A stretch of DNA of 46,632 nt. Origin: a virus (taxonomy: Duplodnaviria > Caudoviricetes). The position numbers and the translations under genes were made by a program. Where the stretch lies: the IMG/VR virus record IMGVR_UViG_3300025838_000056, positions 1 through 46,632 of that record; one strand, 5' to 3'. Of the stretch, positions 35,997 through 46,632 are shown one piece after another. Numbering within the stretch: position 1 is the stretch's first letter; each line of letters begins with the position of its first letter. Under the pieces are notes generated by a model. It did no database searches. It had not been told where the DNA came from and saw nothing but the letters and a program-made list of their open reading frames with translations.

Positions 35997-38708
35997 ATGG
36001 CATCGGTTGCAATATCGGGTCTCCCATCGACATCTACAGTTGATCCGACAAATGCCGCGATCCCTGTAACAAACAGCGGAACAACATATAAGGCAACCCC
36101 AACTGTTATTATTGGTTCTGCGTTAGGTTCTCCGCCTCCTATTGGAAATACGACACCTAATACGGGTTCGTTCTCCACTATGACGATCAGTGGAGCCTTT
36201 TCCTTGACTGGCGGTCAGGTAATACCGGTAGCTAATGGCGGAACTGGTTCTGGAACAGCTAGTGGGGCTAGAACTAATCTAGGCTTAGGCACAATATCCA
36301 CTCAGTCTGCATCTTCTGTAGATATTACGGGCGGCTCTATTGATAATACGACCATTGGCGGGAACACTGCTGCTAATGCCACTTTTAATGTAGTAAATGT
36401 TAATTCTTATCTAACACTTCCGGTTATTCAGCCGATTAATACATCAGGCGTATCATTTGAAGATACAAGCAATAACGTATTGGCTGTATACGGGGCGAGT
36501 AATTCTACAAATGTTTCTATAACGCCACCTAACGGTGTTGTTACTTTAAACCCAACCGGAACTGGCAGTGTTGTAATTAATTCTGGTGGGCCGACAAGCA
36601 CAATTGATAACGTAACTATTGGCGGAACAACGCCGAGAGCCGGAACATTTGTTAATCTCCAAGCAAACAACTCAGTATATGCTGCAACTGTTCGTCCCTT
36701 AAGTGCTTCAGGAGCCTTGTCTCTTTATAATTCAGCAGGCACCGCTCAATTATCTATTCCTGTTAATGGCGGTGTCAGCATGACTGGCAATCGCCCTGTA
36801 AATATTTCTCCCGCTGGATCGGTAGGTTCTTTAACCATTAATCCCGCTGGCGGAGGAAATATTGACAATGTCGTTATCGGAGAGACAACGCCGGTAGCCG
36901 GAACTTTTGATACTTTAAATGCAAACAATACTGTTACGCTTAGCCCAGAGAACGCGGTAGTTTATATAGCCCCGTATGGAACAAGCGGAGGAGTTATCAT
37001 TGACCCGTCTAACGGCGGAACAATGGATAATGTTCTTATTGGCGGCACAACCCCCACTGGGGCAACATTTACATCCGTTTCCACGACGTCTCTGGCAGCG
37101 ACAAGCGGAACTGTAACTAATGCACCAGTAAATACAAATGATATTGTAAACAAGGCGTATGTTGACAGCGTGGCGGTTGGCTTGCAGCCAAAGGCACCTG
37201 TTCAGGCTCTTGCGGCGTCAAATATTACATTGTCTGGATTGCAAACAATTGACGGATACACCACTGTTGCGGGTGACCGTATTATCGTTACCGGTCAGAC
37301 ACAATCTTACAACAACGGCATTTATGCGGCTAGCACGACTGCTTGGACACGAACGTCTGATGCTAATACTTGGAATCTTTTAATTGCAGCATTTGCTCAG
37401 GTTCTAAACGGAACCTTATATAAGGGAACTGGGTGGGTTAGTAATGCGGAGGCAGGCGGCACTCTAGGAGTTACGGGATTAAATTTCTTTCCGTTTACGG
37501 CTACGCAGTTTTACACTGCCGGCACGGGGTTAAACCTAAACGGTAACCAATTTAATATCTCAAACACTGGGGTAATCGCGGGTGGATACGGCAGCTCTTC
37601 CACTGTCCCCTATATAACACTGAATGCTCAAGGCCAAGTTACTGCGGCTAGTTCCCAAACAATAAATATAACATTGTCTCAGGTCAGTGGCGCTGGCACG
37701 ATTGCCTCTCAAAACGCATCATCCGTTGCGGTTACTGGAGGGTATATTGACGGCACGGAAATTGGGGCGACGACAGCATCTTCAGGAAAATTTACTACCT
37801 TAACTGCTAACACTTCTGTTTCGTTTGGAAATGGGTCTTCTTCAATTGTATGGAATGGCGTTGCAAGCGTATTAACGGGTGCAAGTAATTTCACTGGATT
37901 GACTGGAGGTAATCTCGTTTATTTTACGGGAGACAACACCGTCAACTCGCATCCGCAGCTTACAATTGGCGCTAACGACGTAGCTGGTGTTATTACCCTT
38001 AATACAAGCTCCATTTCTGGAGCCGCTACTGCCGACCTTCTTTTTAGTATGGGTGGCGTGTATAAGTGGGCGATGGGACAAGAGGGTGACTTTTTTGGCC
38101 CGACTTCTTCACCATCTCAAACAACAGGTTTTATTTATATTCCGGCTGCTGCTGGCGTTCCAACCGGAACACCGACTGGAGCTAACGGAAACGTCCCCCT
38201 GTATTACGACACTACAGACGGTGCCCTTTATGCATACAATGGGGCGTGGCAAAGTATTAACTTTCAGCCTAATCAGCTAGAGGCTCGCGCTGCTCCAATG
38301 ACAATCGCCAATACGACAGACACGGCGGTGTTGTGGACGACCGTAGATGTGAATGGCACAAAGCTGACATATGCGTCAGGTAAATGGACGAATAGCAGTT
38401 CACGCGCATTGACAGTTATTATCTCGACGACTATCGCGTGGGATAATGTGTCTGGAGGAGCCAGAGCTGTTTATATCACACGTAACGGTGACTCTACGAC
38501 GGGAACGAACCGCATGGCAGAGTTTGACGTTGACGCTGGAACGACTGATTTTGATGTTCAGAATGTTAACACAACTATTGCTCTTCAACCGAATGATTAT
38601 TTCCAAGTTTGGGTCTGGCAAAACTCAGGCTCCAATGTGGGAATAGGAAACGCAAGCGGCGGCATGAACTCAGGTTACTCGGTTAGATTGCAAGCAACAG
38701 TATTGTAA
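35997..38708 (+). CDS. tail fibre / receptor-binding protein
   Basis: Repeated 'IDN..IGG.TP..GTF', 'GGTG....SGARTNLGLG', 'NKAYVD', 'LSGLQTIDG' fibre motifs. Confidence 0.8.
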   Translation: MASVAISGLPSTSTVDPTNAAIPVTNSGTTYKATPTVIIGSALGSPPPIGNTTPNTGSFSTMTISGAFSLTGGQVIPVANGGTGSGTASGARTNLGLGTISTQSASSVDITGGSIDNTTIGGNTAANATFNVVNVNSYLTLPVIQPINTSGVSFEDTSNNVLAVYGASNSTNVSITPPNGVVTLNPTGTGSVVINSGGPTSTIDNVTIGGTTPRAGTFVNLQANNSVYAATVRPLSASGALSLYNSAGTAQLSIPVNGGVSMTGNRPVNISPAGSVGSLTINPAGGGNIDNVVIGETTPVAGTFDTLNANNTVTLSPENAVVYIAPYGTSGGVIIDPSNGGTMDNVLIGGTTPTGATFTSVSTTSLAATSGTVTNAPVNTNDIVNKAYVDSVAVGLQPKAPVQALAASNITLSGLQTIDGYTTVAGDRIIVTGQTQSYNNGIYAASTTAWTRTSDANTWNLLIAAFAQVLNGTLYKGTGWVSNAEAGGTLGVTGLNFFPFTATQFYTAGTGLNLNGNQFNISNTGVIAGGYGSSSTVPYITLNAQGQVTAASSQTINITLSQVSGAGTIASQNASSVAVTGGYIDGTEIGATTASSGKFTTLTANTSVSFGNGSSSIVWNGVASVLTGASNFTGLTGGNLVYFTGDNTVNSHPQLTIGANDVAGVITLNTSSISGAATADLLFSMGGVYKWAMGQEGDFFGPTSSPSQTTGFIYIPAAAGVPTGTPTGANGNVPLYYDTTDGALYAYNGAWQSINFQPNQLEARAAPMTIANTTDTAVLWTTVDVNGTKLTYASGKWTNSSSRALTVIISTTIAWDNVSGGARAVYITRNGDSTTGTNRMAEFDVDAGTTDFDVQNVNTTIALQPNDYFQVWVWQNSGSNVGIGNASGGMNSGYSVRLQATVL

Positions 38709-38718
38709 GGTAAAACGT

Positions 38719-39510
38719 ATGTCATTAAGCGGCACATTTACCTTTGACCCATCTTTGGGAAATATTGTTATAGGTGCCTTTTCGCGGTGTGGCCTGCGAC
38801 GGACACAGCTAACATCGCAGCATATGCAGGATGCATATTTTGAAGCTAATATGGTCCAGTCTGAGTTCCAAGGAGATGGTATTCAGACTTGGCAGGTTAC
38901 ATTAGAGACGCAAGATATTGTCGCCGGTCAAGGTGTTTACAATGTAAACCCAACGACTGTGTTTATGCTTGATGTTTATATTAGACAACAGGGTTCAGTT
39001 CCGTTTGTTATATGGGATAACACTAACGGATATACGAGCCAGTGGTTGAATCAAAATAATGCAATTGATTATTGGAGTGGCGTAACTTCCTCTCAACAGC
39101 AAACAGCAACTGACCGTATTATTCTCCCGATGAGCCGGACGGATTACGCGTCTATTGCCAATAAGTATCAGGAAGGATTCCCCACAACATTTTGGTGGGA
39201 TCGTTTAACACCGTCACAGCTTTACCTTTGGCCTATTCCACCTTCTGATATTCCTAATGGGCTGCAATACTATGTCCAAATGCGTCCAGATGATGCACAG
39301 TTATCAAATGGGACAAATGTTGACATACCTTACGAGGTTTACGATTACTTTACGTGGAACCTTGCTGAGCGTTTAGCTTTTATTTATGCTCAAGATAAAC
39401 TTGCAGCGATAGCCCAAAGAAAACAGCAGGCTTATGTTAAATACATGGCAGCCACGACAGAAAACGTTCCAATAACTATAAATACTAATATGATTGGATA
39501 TTATCGGTGA
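38719..39510 (+). CDS. putative tail tubular / head-tail adaptor protein
   Basis: 'SRTDY..I.NK...G.PT.FW.DR....LYLWP.P' pattern; position. Confidence 0.7.
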   Translation: MSLSGTFTFDPSLGNIVIGAFSRCGLRRTQLTSQHMQDAYFEANMVQSEFQGDGIQTWQVTLETQDIVAGQGVYNVNPTTVFMLDVYIRQQGSVPFVIWDNTNGYTSQWLNQNNAIDYWSGVTSSQQQTATDRIILPMSRTDYASIANKYQEGFPTTFWWDRLTPSQLYLWPIPPSDIPNGLQYYVQMRPDDAQLSNGTNVDIPYEVYDYFTWNLAERLAFIYAQDKLAAIAQRKQQAYVKYMAATTENVPITINTNMIGYYR

Positions 39511-39610
39511 AGTATAAGCGTCTTTCTTTGATTGAAAGATTAAGGAAATTCACGTATAAATTATGGCATTGGTCAGGTAAGATTGACTGCGATTTTGCGA
39601 GGACAGCATA

Positions 39611-40216
39611 ATGGGATATGCTTCGCAGTCTGGTCACGCAAAGACTAGTGCTACTTCACCGCGCGCTTTTGCCGTCTGTGACAGGTGTGCACGTTGGTGG
39701 AACCATCAAGACCTTAAGTGGCAGTATGATTACCGAGGAAGGTCACTGCAAAACATACGCATCCTCGTATGCGAGACTTGCTACGACACTCCGCAGCCGC
39801 AGTTAAAACCTAGAATTATACCGCCAGACCCCCTTCCGATTAAAAACGCCAGAACCGAATTATTCGAACAATACGAAACGAATAATCGTATTACATCGGG
39901 ACAGGATACGGTAGATTTCTTTACCGGTATCCCTATCTCACAGGGTAATAACCGTATTACTCAGGACTACAATAACCGCGTCACGCAAATGACTGGCGCG
40001 GCTTCAGGAAATAAAAATCTGTTCCCTGGCGTTAGATTTATGGTGCCTGGGGATGGTATTGATAATGTCCCCTACGGGTCATCCGGCGTGCCCAATACAG
40101 GATTAATTGTAGAAGAGACGACATATTCAGTTTGGACGAGTTCTCTAGTTAATCCAATGTATTTTGTTAATGACGCTGGATTTGAGATGTATTGGGGAAA
40201 CCCGCCAGAGACTTAA
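39611..40216 (+). CDS. hypothetical protein with CxxC...CxxC
   Basis: 'AVCDRC', 'LVCETCYD.PQPQL'. Confidence 0.7.
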   Translation: MGYASQSGHAKTSATSPRAFAVCDRCARWWNHQDLKWQYDYRGRSLQNIRILVCETCYDTPQPQLKPRIIPPDPLPIKNARTELFEQYETNNRITSGQDTVDFFTGIPISQGNNRITQDYNNRVTQMTGAASGNKNLFPGVRFMVPGDGIDNVPYGSSGVPNTGLIVEETTYSVWTSSLVNPMYFVNDAGFEMYWGNPPET

Positions 40217-40284
40217 CGTTGTATCTTGCACACGTTTTTTATTATAATATCAGCGTAATGCTGCCGACTTAAAGGGTAAATCTG

Positions 40285-42468
40285 ATGGCTAATTCGCCTT
40301 ATGAAGTTCCGTATACGTTTGCCACTGTTCCAAATGGCCAGACCATACCTCTTTCCCAATTGGATGCAAACTTTGCGTATATTGAAAATCAGATTGAACA
40401 GGGCGGTGGTGGAACAACGGGTCCAACAGGCCCGTCTGGAGCCACAGGACCGACAGGAGCAGCTTCGACAGTAGCGGGTCCAACCGGCCCAACCGGAGCG
40501 AACGGAACATCCGTAACTGGACCGACGGGTCCAACGGGTGCAGCGTCAACCGTCTCCGGTCCTACAGGCCCCACAGGTGTTGGCCCTACAGGTGCAACAG
40601 GACCTACCGGAGCGGTAGGTCCTACAGGCCCATCAAGTGGCCCAACGGGGCCAACAGGTGCGGCATCTAATGTCACAGGGCCAACAGGTCCAACAGGTTT
40701 TGGACCCACTGGCGCTACTGGTGCAACAGGCCCTACTGGTGCTGGAGGCCCTACAGGCCCAGCCAGTGGACCGACGGGTCCCACAGGTGCCGCTTCTTCT
40801 ATTACCGGACCTACCGGAGCAACTGGCGCGACAGGGCCAACTGGTTTAGCCGGACCGACAGGTCCTGCGAGCGGCCCAACGGGAGCATCTGGCCCTACCG
40901 GACCAACCGGCCCAACTTCCACAGTCGCTGGCCCCACTGGTCCAACAGGCCCTGCGGGTAGTGGTGGTAGCGGCACTGTTACCAGCGTTCAGGCTTCGGG
41001 TGGCTCTACAGGATTAACTTTTAGTGGTGGCCCTGTAACATCAACTGGAACATTAACTCTTGGCGGGACGTTGTTACCTGCTGCTGGTGGAACAGGCAGT
41101 AGTGGTGTTCCTAGCAACGGTCAGTTACTGATAGGAAACTCATCTGGAACGTATACTCCTGCAACATTGACGGCTGGTGCTAATATATCAATTTCCAATG
41201 GCAATGGTTCGATTACCATTGCAGCGTCTGGCGGAAGTAGTGGCGTTACGACATTTAGTGCAGGCACAACTGGTTTAACGCCTAATACACCTCAATCTGG
41301 TTCTGTTACGTTGGGTGGTTTTTTAAGTATTGCCAACGGTGGAACGGGTCAACAATCAGCGCAAGCTGCTCTTAATGCTCTTCTTCCCACTCAGTCTAGC
41401 GGAACTAATAATCAGGTTTTAACATCTAACGGAACGAACGCCGTTTGGGTTACGCCGACTTCTGGAGGGGCTGTTACCAGCGTTAATGGTGCTTCTAATG
41501 TTTCTGGCTTAACTCTTACTGGTGGTCCTATTACGTCAACAGGAACATTAACATTAAATGGAACATTACTCGCAGCTAACGGCGGCACTGGGTTATCATC
41601 TGTAGGCAGCAGTGGTCAGGTATTAGGATCTACCGGTTCATCTTATACTTGGCTTACCGTTCCTCAGTTAAGTGGAACGAATAGCTGGACAAACACAAAC
41701 ACGTTTTCTGGCACATTTAGTGTTACAACACCTAGCGGTTTTGCGTCGTTTACTCCGACAATACAGGCAAACAACGGTCTTATATCAACTAACGGGTATT
41801 TATTTATTAATGGTAGCACACCTACCTTAAATTTTCAGAACGCTGGGGGGACTGCATCCTACGGGCAAGTGTTATCAGGCCCAACGCAAACTTCCCTTGT
41901 TTTCGGCTCAAATGCTTTCTCAATTCAAAGTGGGGGGTCGTTTATTAGTACTAATCTTACAGTATCTAATGGAGAAATTGTTATTAACGCATCTGGGGGC
42001 GGTGGGTTATTGGCTTTCGGGCCAGGGGGCGCAACTGCTTCTGTCTATACCGCTCCTGGCGGTCTTATACAATTGGGTGTTCTATCCGGTAATATAACGC
42101 AATGCACGGCGGCTGCTAATTCTGGGACAACATCGACAGGTCCTTACAATAACGTATCGGATGCTCGAATAAAAGAGAATGTTACAGAGTTAACGAGTGC
42201 ATTAAGTCTTATTTCTCAATTAAAGGGGGTTTATTTCAATTATATTGATAGCCCAAGCCTTGGACGACAGATTGGTCTTATTGCTCAAGATGTTATTAAT
42301 GTTGTCCCAGAAGTTGTAACAAAAACAGAAATTCCTCTCCCAGCAAGTTATAATGAGACGGATACACAATATGCTGTTGCATATGCGTCACTTGTTCCCG
42401 TTCTGATCAATGCAATCAAAGAACTGGAAGAACGCGTAGCATCTTTAGAAGCTAAATCAAACTCATAG
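40285..42468 (+). CDS. collagen-like tail fibre with C-terminal intramolecular chaperone (peptidase S74)
   Basis: GPT repeats; 'SDARIKENV', 'GLIAQDV..V.PE.V', '[12 protein letters not shown]'. Confidence 0.88.
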   Translation: MANSPYEVPYTFATVPNGQTIPLSQLDANFAYIENQIEQGGGGTTGPTGPSGATGPTGAASTVAGPTGPTGANGTSVTGPTGPTGAASTVSGPTGPTGVGPTGATGPTGAVGPTGPSSGPTGPTGAASNVTGPTGPTGFGPTGATGATGPTGAGGPTGPASGPTGPTGAASSITGPTGATGATGPTGLAGPTGPASGPTGASGPTGPTGPTSTVAGPTGPTGPAGSGGSGTVTSVQASGGSTGLTFSGGPVTSTGTLTLGGTLLPAAGGTGSSGVPSNGQLLIGNSSGTYTPATLTAGANISISNGNGSITIAASGGSSGVTTFSAGTTGLTPNTPQSGSVTLGGFLSIANGGTGQQSAQAALNALLPTQSSGTNNQVLTSNGTNAVWVTPTSGGAVTSVNGASNVSGLTLTGGPITSTGTLTLNGTLLAANGGTGLSSVGSSGQVLGSTGSSYTWLTVPQLSGTNSWTNTNTFSGTFSVTTPSGFASFTPTIQANNGLISTNGYLFINGSTPTLNFQNAGGTASYGQVLSGPTQTSLVFGSNAFSIQSGGSFISTNLTVSNGEIVINASGGGGLLAFGPGGATASVYTAPGGLIQLGVLSGNITQCTAAANSGTTSTGPYNNVSDARIKENVTELTSALSLISQLKGVYFNYIDSPSLGRQIGLIAQDVINVVPEVVTKTEIPLPASYNETDTQYAVAYASLVPVLINAIKELEERVASLEAKSNS

Positions 42469-42483
42469 TAACGGATAACGCTC

Positions 42484-43914
42484 TTGTCGAACGTCCAAAT
42501 CCCTCAGCTAACTCCTGCGATTGCCCTTAATGGGATGGAAGAGTTGGAGGCTGTTCAAAATGGCACATCCGTTCGGGTTACGTCAGGTCAGATAGCCGCT
42601 TTTGGTCAAGGATTAGGGCCTGTGGGGCCTACTGGTCCAATTGGCATTACTGGTCCCACTGGACCAACAGGTGCTACAGGACCAACAGGAAATACAGGTG
42701 CGGGAACTTATACTGAAAGTCCAGACCCTCCTATATACACTCCTATAATTAACGGAGACCGGTGGCTCAATACGACTACAGGTGTTGAGTATACGTGGAT
42801 TAGTGATTCAAATGGGTCTCAGTGGGTAGCACTCGGAGAGATTTCCGCAAATGGTCCAACTGGCCCAACTGGATCTACTGGCCCATCTGGTGTGAGTGTG
42901 ACAGGGCCAACTGGACCGACAGGGTCAGAAGGCCCCACTGGGCCTGCTGGTGGCCCTACAGGGCCGACTGGTGCAGCATCAAATGTTACTGGACCCACAG
43001 GGCCTACAGGTACAACAGGGTCTACTGGCCCATCGGTTACTGGCCCAACTGGTCCAACTGGTGCCGGTGGGCCAACAGGTCCTGCGAGTGGGCCTACAGG
43101 TCCCACGGGACCAACAGGGGCGGCATCAACAATTGCAGGTCCTACAGGCCCAACTGGATTATCTATTACAGGCCCAACTGGAGCTTCTGTAACAGGTCCA
43201 ACAGGCGTCACGGGGGCAATCGGCCCTACGGGTCCAACTGGCTCCGCTTCCACAGTCGCTGGCCCTACTGGACCAACAGGTGGCACTGGACCAACCGGTT
43301 CATCAATTACAGGACCAACCGGACCTTCGGTCACAGGTGCTACTGGCCCTACGGGATCGGCAGGCCCGAATACAATTACAAATGCTTCAACTGTTTATTC
43401 TGGTGGAACATCGACGGGATTAATTTATAACAACGCTGGCGTTGTTGGGACATCTTCTGGTGCTCTCTTAATAAATTCCGGTGCGTCATTATCGGTTGCT
43501 GGAACTGCATCGTCCCCCGCTTTCATATCTGCCAATATCATAGAAACGTCTAATGTTAGCGCGACTGCTGCTACGGGCACAATTAATTTCTATATTAATA
43601 CGGGCAGTGTTTTATATTATACAACCGCTGCTAGTGGAAATTGGACTGTTAATATAGCGTTTAGTTCTACTACTTCATTAAATACAGCCTTAGCTGTAGG
43701 GCAGTCTGTGGCGATTGCGTTTCTAGTTACCCAAGGAGCAACTCCTTATTATAATTCTGCGGTCACTGTGGACGGTGTTTCTGTTACACCAAATTGGCAG
43801 GGAGGTTCTGCCCCTACGGCTGGAAATGCAAGCGGGATAGATGTCTATACGTATAATGTTATAAAGACAGCATCCGCAACATATACAGTCCTAGCATCTC
43901 TAACGCAGTTTTGA
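42484..43914 (+). CDS. collagen-like fibre protein
   Basis: TTG start; long GPT repeats, beta-rich C-terminus. Confidence 0.85.
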   Translation: MSNVQIPQLTPAIALNGMEELEAVQNGTSVRVTSGQIAAFGQGLGPVGPTGPIGITGPTGPTGATGPTGNTGAGTYTESPDPPIYTPIINGDRWLNTTTGVEYTWISDSNGSQWVALGEISANGPTGPTGSTGPSGVSVTGPTGPTGSEGPTGPAGGPTGPTGAASNVTGPTGPTGTTGSTGPSVTGPTGPTGAGGPTGPASGPTGPTGPTGAASTIAGPTGPTGLSITGPTGASVTGPTGVTGAIGPTGPTGSASTVAGPTGPTGGTGPTGSSITGPTGPSVTGATGPTGSAGPNTITNASTVYSGGTSTGLIYNNAGVVGTSSGALLINSGASLSVAGTASSPAFISANIIETSNVSATAATGTINFYINTGSVLYYTTAASGNWTVNIAFSSTTSLNTALAVGQSVAIAFLVTQGATPYYNSAVTVDGVSVTPNWQGGSAPTAGNASGIDVYTYNVIKTASATYTVLASLTQF

Positions 43915-43915
43915 C

Positions 43916-45028
43916 ATGCCTACGATAATCACTCGAGGAGGGGCATCATCAAAGTCTTTCGGTTTTACCGGAAGAAACGGCATATCCATGTGGGTAGCTG
44001 TCGGTGGCGCTAATACGACTGTAGGACAGCCCAAACTTTGGTATTCAAAAGACCCAACAGCAAATACTTGGACGGCGGTTACGACACCATTCACGGCGGC
44101 AAATATTGTTAGGCTTTATGATGTCGCGTATAGCCCAAAATTAAAACTTTTTTGTGCTGTTGGACAAGATAATACAGTCTCCCCTGGGCAGGTGACTATA
44201 CCATTTACGTCTCCTGATGGAATAAATTGGACACAACAGTCAGCGGGAATATTTATTTATTCAGCCCCTCAAGTGTGTATAAAGTGGCTACCAATAAACC
44301 AAGTTTTTATGATGTGCGGTTACGGTGGCACTAGCACACAAGGTGCCGAATCCCACTATTCCTCTGATGGAATAAATTGGACTTCATGGAGCTTAGCAGG
44401 AAGCACGACACCTTATGCAGCGTCCTGTGTTGCAGAAGCACCTAATGGAACAATTGTGTTTTCTTGCTATCAGGGAACATTTGCTAATGGTATAGCTACT
44501 CCTAACGGAACGGGAGCCTTAACTATATCATCCCCGTCATTGTCAGGAAATCTTACGTTTTCCACTATACCAAGCGTCTCTACAACTACAATAAATGCTA
44601 GTGCTATTTATTACTCCCCAACTTTTAATGAATTTATCATTAATACCAACACAGCATCGTCATGGAGTATTTTTTCAAGCGCGGACGGGACAAGTTTTTC
44701 ACAAATTTATAATTTACCGGTTGCGCTAACGGCTACATGGGCTCTTTACGCGAACAATTTAGATGTTTGTTACGCTCAACAGACAGCACCTTCTTATACT
44801 TATCCAGCATACTCTATTAGCGGCGGATCGTGGACATCAGGTGCCTCCAGACCCAATTTTGCTATGAACAGGGTGGCTTACGGCGGCGGCATGTTCGTGG
44901 GCAACAATCAAAACGTTACAACGACACCTGTTTCAGGTTTATATTATTCCCCAGACGGTTATAACGCCAGCAATTGGGGACCAGTCGCAAGCAATGTAAC
45001 AGCTTATGGTTTGTGCTATTCCGGTTAA
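43916..45028 (+). CDS. putative beta-propeller fibre-associated protein
   Basis: Repeated 'S.DG.NWT' Asp-box-like motifs. Confidence 0.65.
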   Translation: MPTIITRGGASSKSFGFTGRNGISMWVAVGGANTTVGQPKLWYSKDPTANTWTAVTTPFTAANIVRLYDVAYSPKLKLFCAVGQDNTVSPGQVTIPFTSPDGINWTQQSAGIFIYSAPQVCIKWLPINQVFMMCGYGGTSTQGAESHYSSDGINWTSWSLAGSTTPYAASCVAEAPNGTIVFSCYQGTFANGIATPNGTGALTISSPSLSGNLTFSTIPSVSTTTINASAIYYSPTFNEFIINTNTASSWSIFSSADGTSFSQIYNLPVALTATWALYANNLDVCYAQQTAPSYTYPAYSISGGSWTSGASRPNFAMNRVAYGGGMFVGNNQNVTTTPVSGLYYSPDGYNASNWGPVASNVTAYGLCYSG

Positions 45029-45049
45029 AATCGGCAAGGATATAAGATA

Positions 45050-46632
45050 GTGGCAACAATTAACTTCCCCGCAAATCCATATTTAGGACAAGTCTACACC
45101 TTCAATGGGAGGTCTTGGATTTGGAATGGAACTGCGTGGGATGCTGTTCCAAGCCCTATCATTATCGGGCCAACAGGACCAACGGGGCTGTCAATTACGG
45201 GTCCGACTGGTGCTACCGGAGCTACTGGTGCGACTGGTGCAACTGGTGCTCCATCAAGCGTTACAGGGCCAACAGGCCCTACAGGTGCAACGGGGCCATC
45301 TGTTACAGGCCCAACAGGAGCACCATCAACTATTGCCGGACCGACAGGGCCAACAGGAACACAGGGAAATGTCGGCCCTCAAGGGTCAACAGGTCCAACC
45401 GGTGCCCCGTCAACCGTACGCGGGCCAACTGGGCCGACAGGCGTTCAAGGTAATGTTGGCCCTCAAGGTCCAACAGGAGCCGCTTCATTTGTTGCTGGCC
45501 CCACAGGTACTACTGGGCCAACTGGCGTCCAAGGTCCGACAGGTCCGTCAGTTACGGGTCCTACAGGTTCTCCATCTAATGTCACAGGCCCAACTGGTGC
45601 GACGGGGCCTACAGGGTCTACGGGACCAACCGGAACGCAAGGACCTCAAGGGGTAACCGGACCAACAGGAACTCAAGGATATGTCGGTCCTCAAGGACCG
45701 ACGGGAGCTACAGGAGCCCCGTCTACGGTTACAGGGCCTACTGGACCAACCGGATTACAGGGGGGTATTGGCCCCACGGGTCCAACCGGATTGCAAGGTA
45801 TTCAGGGAAACGTTGGCCCAACTGGACCAACAGGAACCCAAGGAAATGTTGGGAATGTCGGACCCACGGGGCCAACCGGCAATCAGGGAGACTTTGGCCC
45901 TACGGGACCTACAGGGCCTACCGGAAGTCAGGGGGATGTCGGACCAACTGGACCTACCGGTATACAGGGCGTTACAGGACCAACTGGACCCACTGGACTA
46001 ACAGGAGCTCCGTCGAATGTTACGGGTCCTACTGGTAATTCTGGGGCTACCGGACCAACAGGGCCAGCCGGCGGCGGTATTCAGTATAAGGGTGCTGTAG
46101 CAACAGCCACAGACTTACCAGGGTATCCTTCATCATACGGGGGTGCTGTTGGAGATGCATATATTGCATTAGATACGGAAGACTTATGGGTTTGGGATGG
46201 CTCAACTTGGGTAAATAACGGCCCTATTGCCACTAGAATAACCGGACCAACGGGTCCCACTGGCCCTACTGGTTCTGCCGGAAATACAGGTCCAACGGGA
46301 TCGGTCGGAAATGCTGGACCTACCGGACCTACGGGGGCTGATTCCACAGTTGCTGGTCCAACAGGACCTACCGGAAATCAGGGAGACGCTGGAGCTACAG
46401 GCCCTACGGGTCCTACAGGCAATCAGGGCGGTGTCGGTCCTACAGGCCCAACGGGAACCCAAGGTAACGTGGGAAGCACAGGCCCAACGGGGCCAACAGG
46501 TGCAGGTTCTACTGTGGCAGGGCCAACCGGCCCGACGGGAAGTCAGGGCATTGCAGGTCCAACTGGACCGACTGGTCCTACGGGAACACAGGGCGGCATT
46601 GGTCCTACAGGACCTACGGGCATACAGGGGAA
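45050..46632 (+). CDS. collagen-like fibre protein (runs off window end; not in ORF track)
   Basis: GTG after AAGGA; [30 protein letters not shown] then GPT/GxQ repeats to the end. Confidence 0.85.
   Translation, partial: MATINFPANPYLGQVYTFNGRSWIWNGTAWDAVPSPIIIGPTGPTGLSITGPTGATGATGATGATGAPSSVTGPTGPTGATGPSVTGPTGAPSTIAGPTGPTGTQGNVGPQGSTGPTGAPSTVRGPTGPTGVQGNVGPQGPTGAASFVAGPTGTTGPTGVQGPTGPSVTGPTGSPSNVTGPTGATGPTGSTGPTGTQGPQGVTGPTGTQGYVGPQGPTGATGAPSTVTGPTGPTGLQGGIGPTGPTGLQGIQGNVGPTGPTGTQGNVGNVGPTGPTGNQGDFGPTGPTGPTGSQGDVGPTGPTGIQGVTGPTGPTGLTGAPSNVTGPTGNSGATGPTGPAGGGIQYKGAVATATDLPGYPSSYGGAVGDAYIALDTEDLWVWDGSTWVNNGPIATRITGPTGPTGPTGSAGNTGPTGSVGNAGPTGPTGADSTVAGPTGPTGNQGDAGATGPTGPTGNQGGVGPTGPTGTQGNVGSTGPTGPTGAGSTVAGPTGPTGSQGIAGPTGPTGPTGTQGGIGPTGPTGIQG

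Noticed and set aside
40389-43430. Antisense and alternative-frame ORFs over the collagen genes (PVGPVG repeats)
   Set aside because: Shadows of GPT codon periodicity
35997-45028. Many GG dipeptides in fibre proteins (NGGTG, IGG, SGG)
   Set aside because: Standard fibre turn motifs lacking the basic/aromatic context; not counted in the GG system
40420-46632. Repetitive DNA considered as a CRISPR array or satellite
   Set aside because: 9-nt coding periodicity with wobble variation; no repeat-spacer structure
1-46632. tRNA/rRNA genes, integrase, reverse transcriptase/DGR, stop-codon reassignment
   Set aside because: None recognised by eye; genes read intact in the standard code

Overview
This window is a segment of a tailed dsDNA bacteriophage (podovirus-like Caudoviricetes), almost entirely + strand. 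The host is probably a Gram-negative bacterium (inference). Gene order: terminase small and large subunits; about 10 kb of small accessory genes (DNA methyltransferase, RNAP alpha-CTD and DnaA-C-like proteins, sugar O-methyltransferase, Ead/Ea22-like paralogs); portal; large modular proteins; a lysis cassette; a papain-like peptidase; GroES; scaffold-like protein; major capsid protein flanked by three free-standing endonucleases; then tail, fibre and collagen-like genes running off the end. Three signals stand out. (1) Six ORFs carry about 28 copies of a short di-glycine motif (FAAGG, YARGG, YAKGG, HADGG, RKKGG, MKRGG), often paired with an 'IKxAL(R/K)(L/I)A' helix. The motifs sit at boundaries between unrelated domains, and a papain-fold protease is encoded among these genes, suggesting a polyprotein processing/packaging system for virion cargo. 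(2) Four RNA hairpins with different stems but an identical GCGCU loop lie in the leaders of two head-region operons. (3) A compact double-pseudoknot RNA lies downstream of the capsid gene. Family names were recognised by eye and need HMM confirmation.
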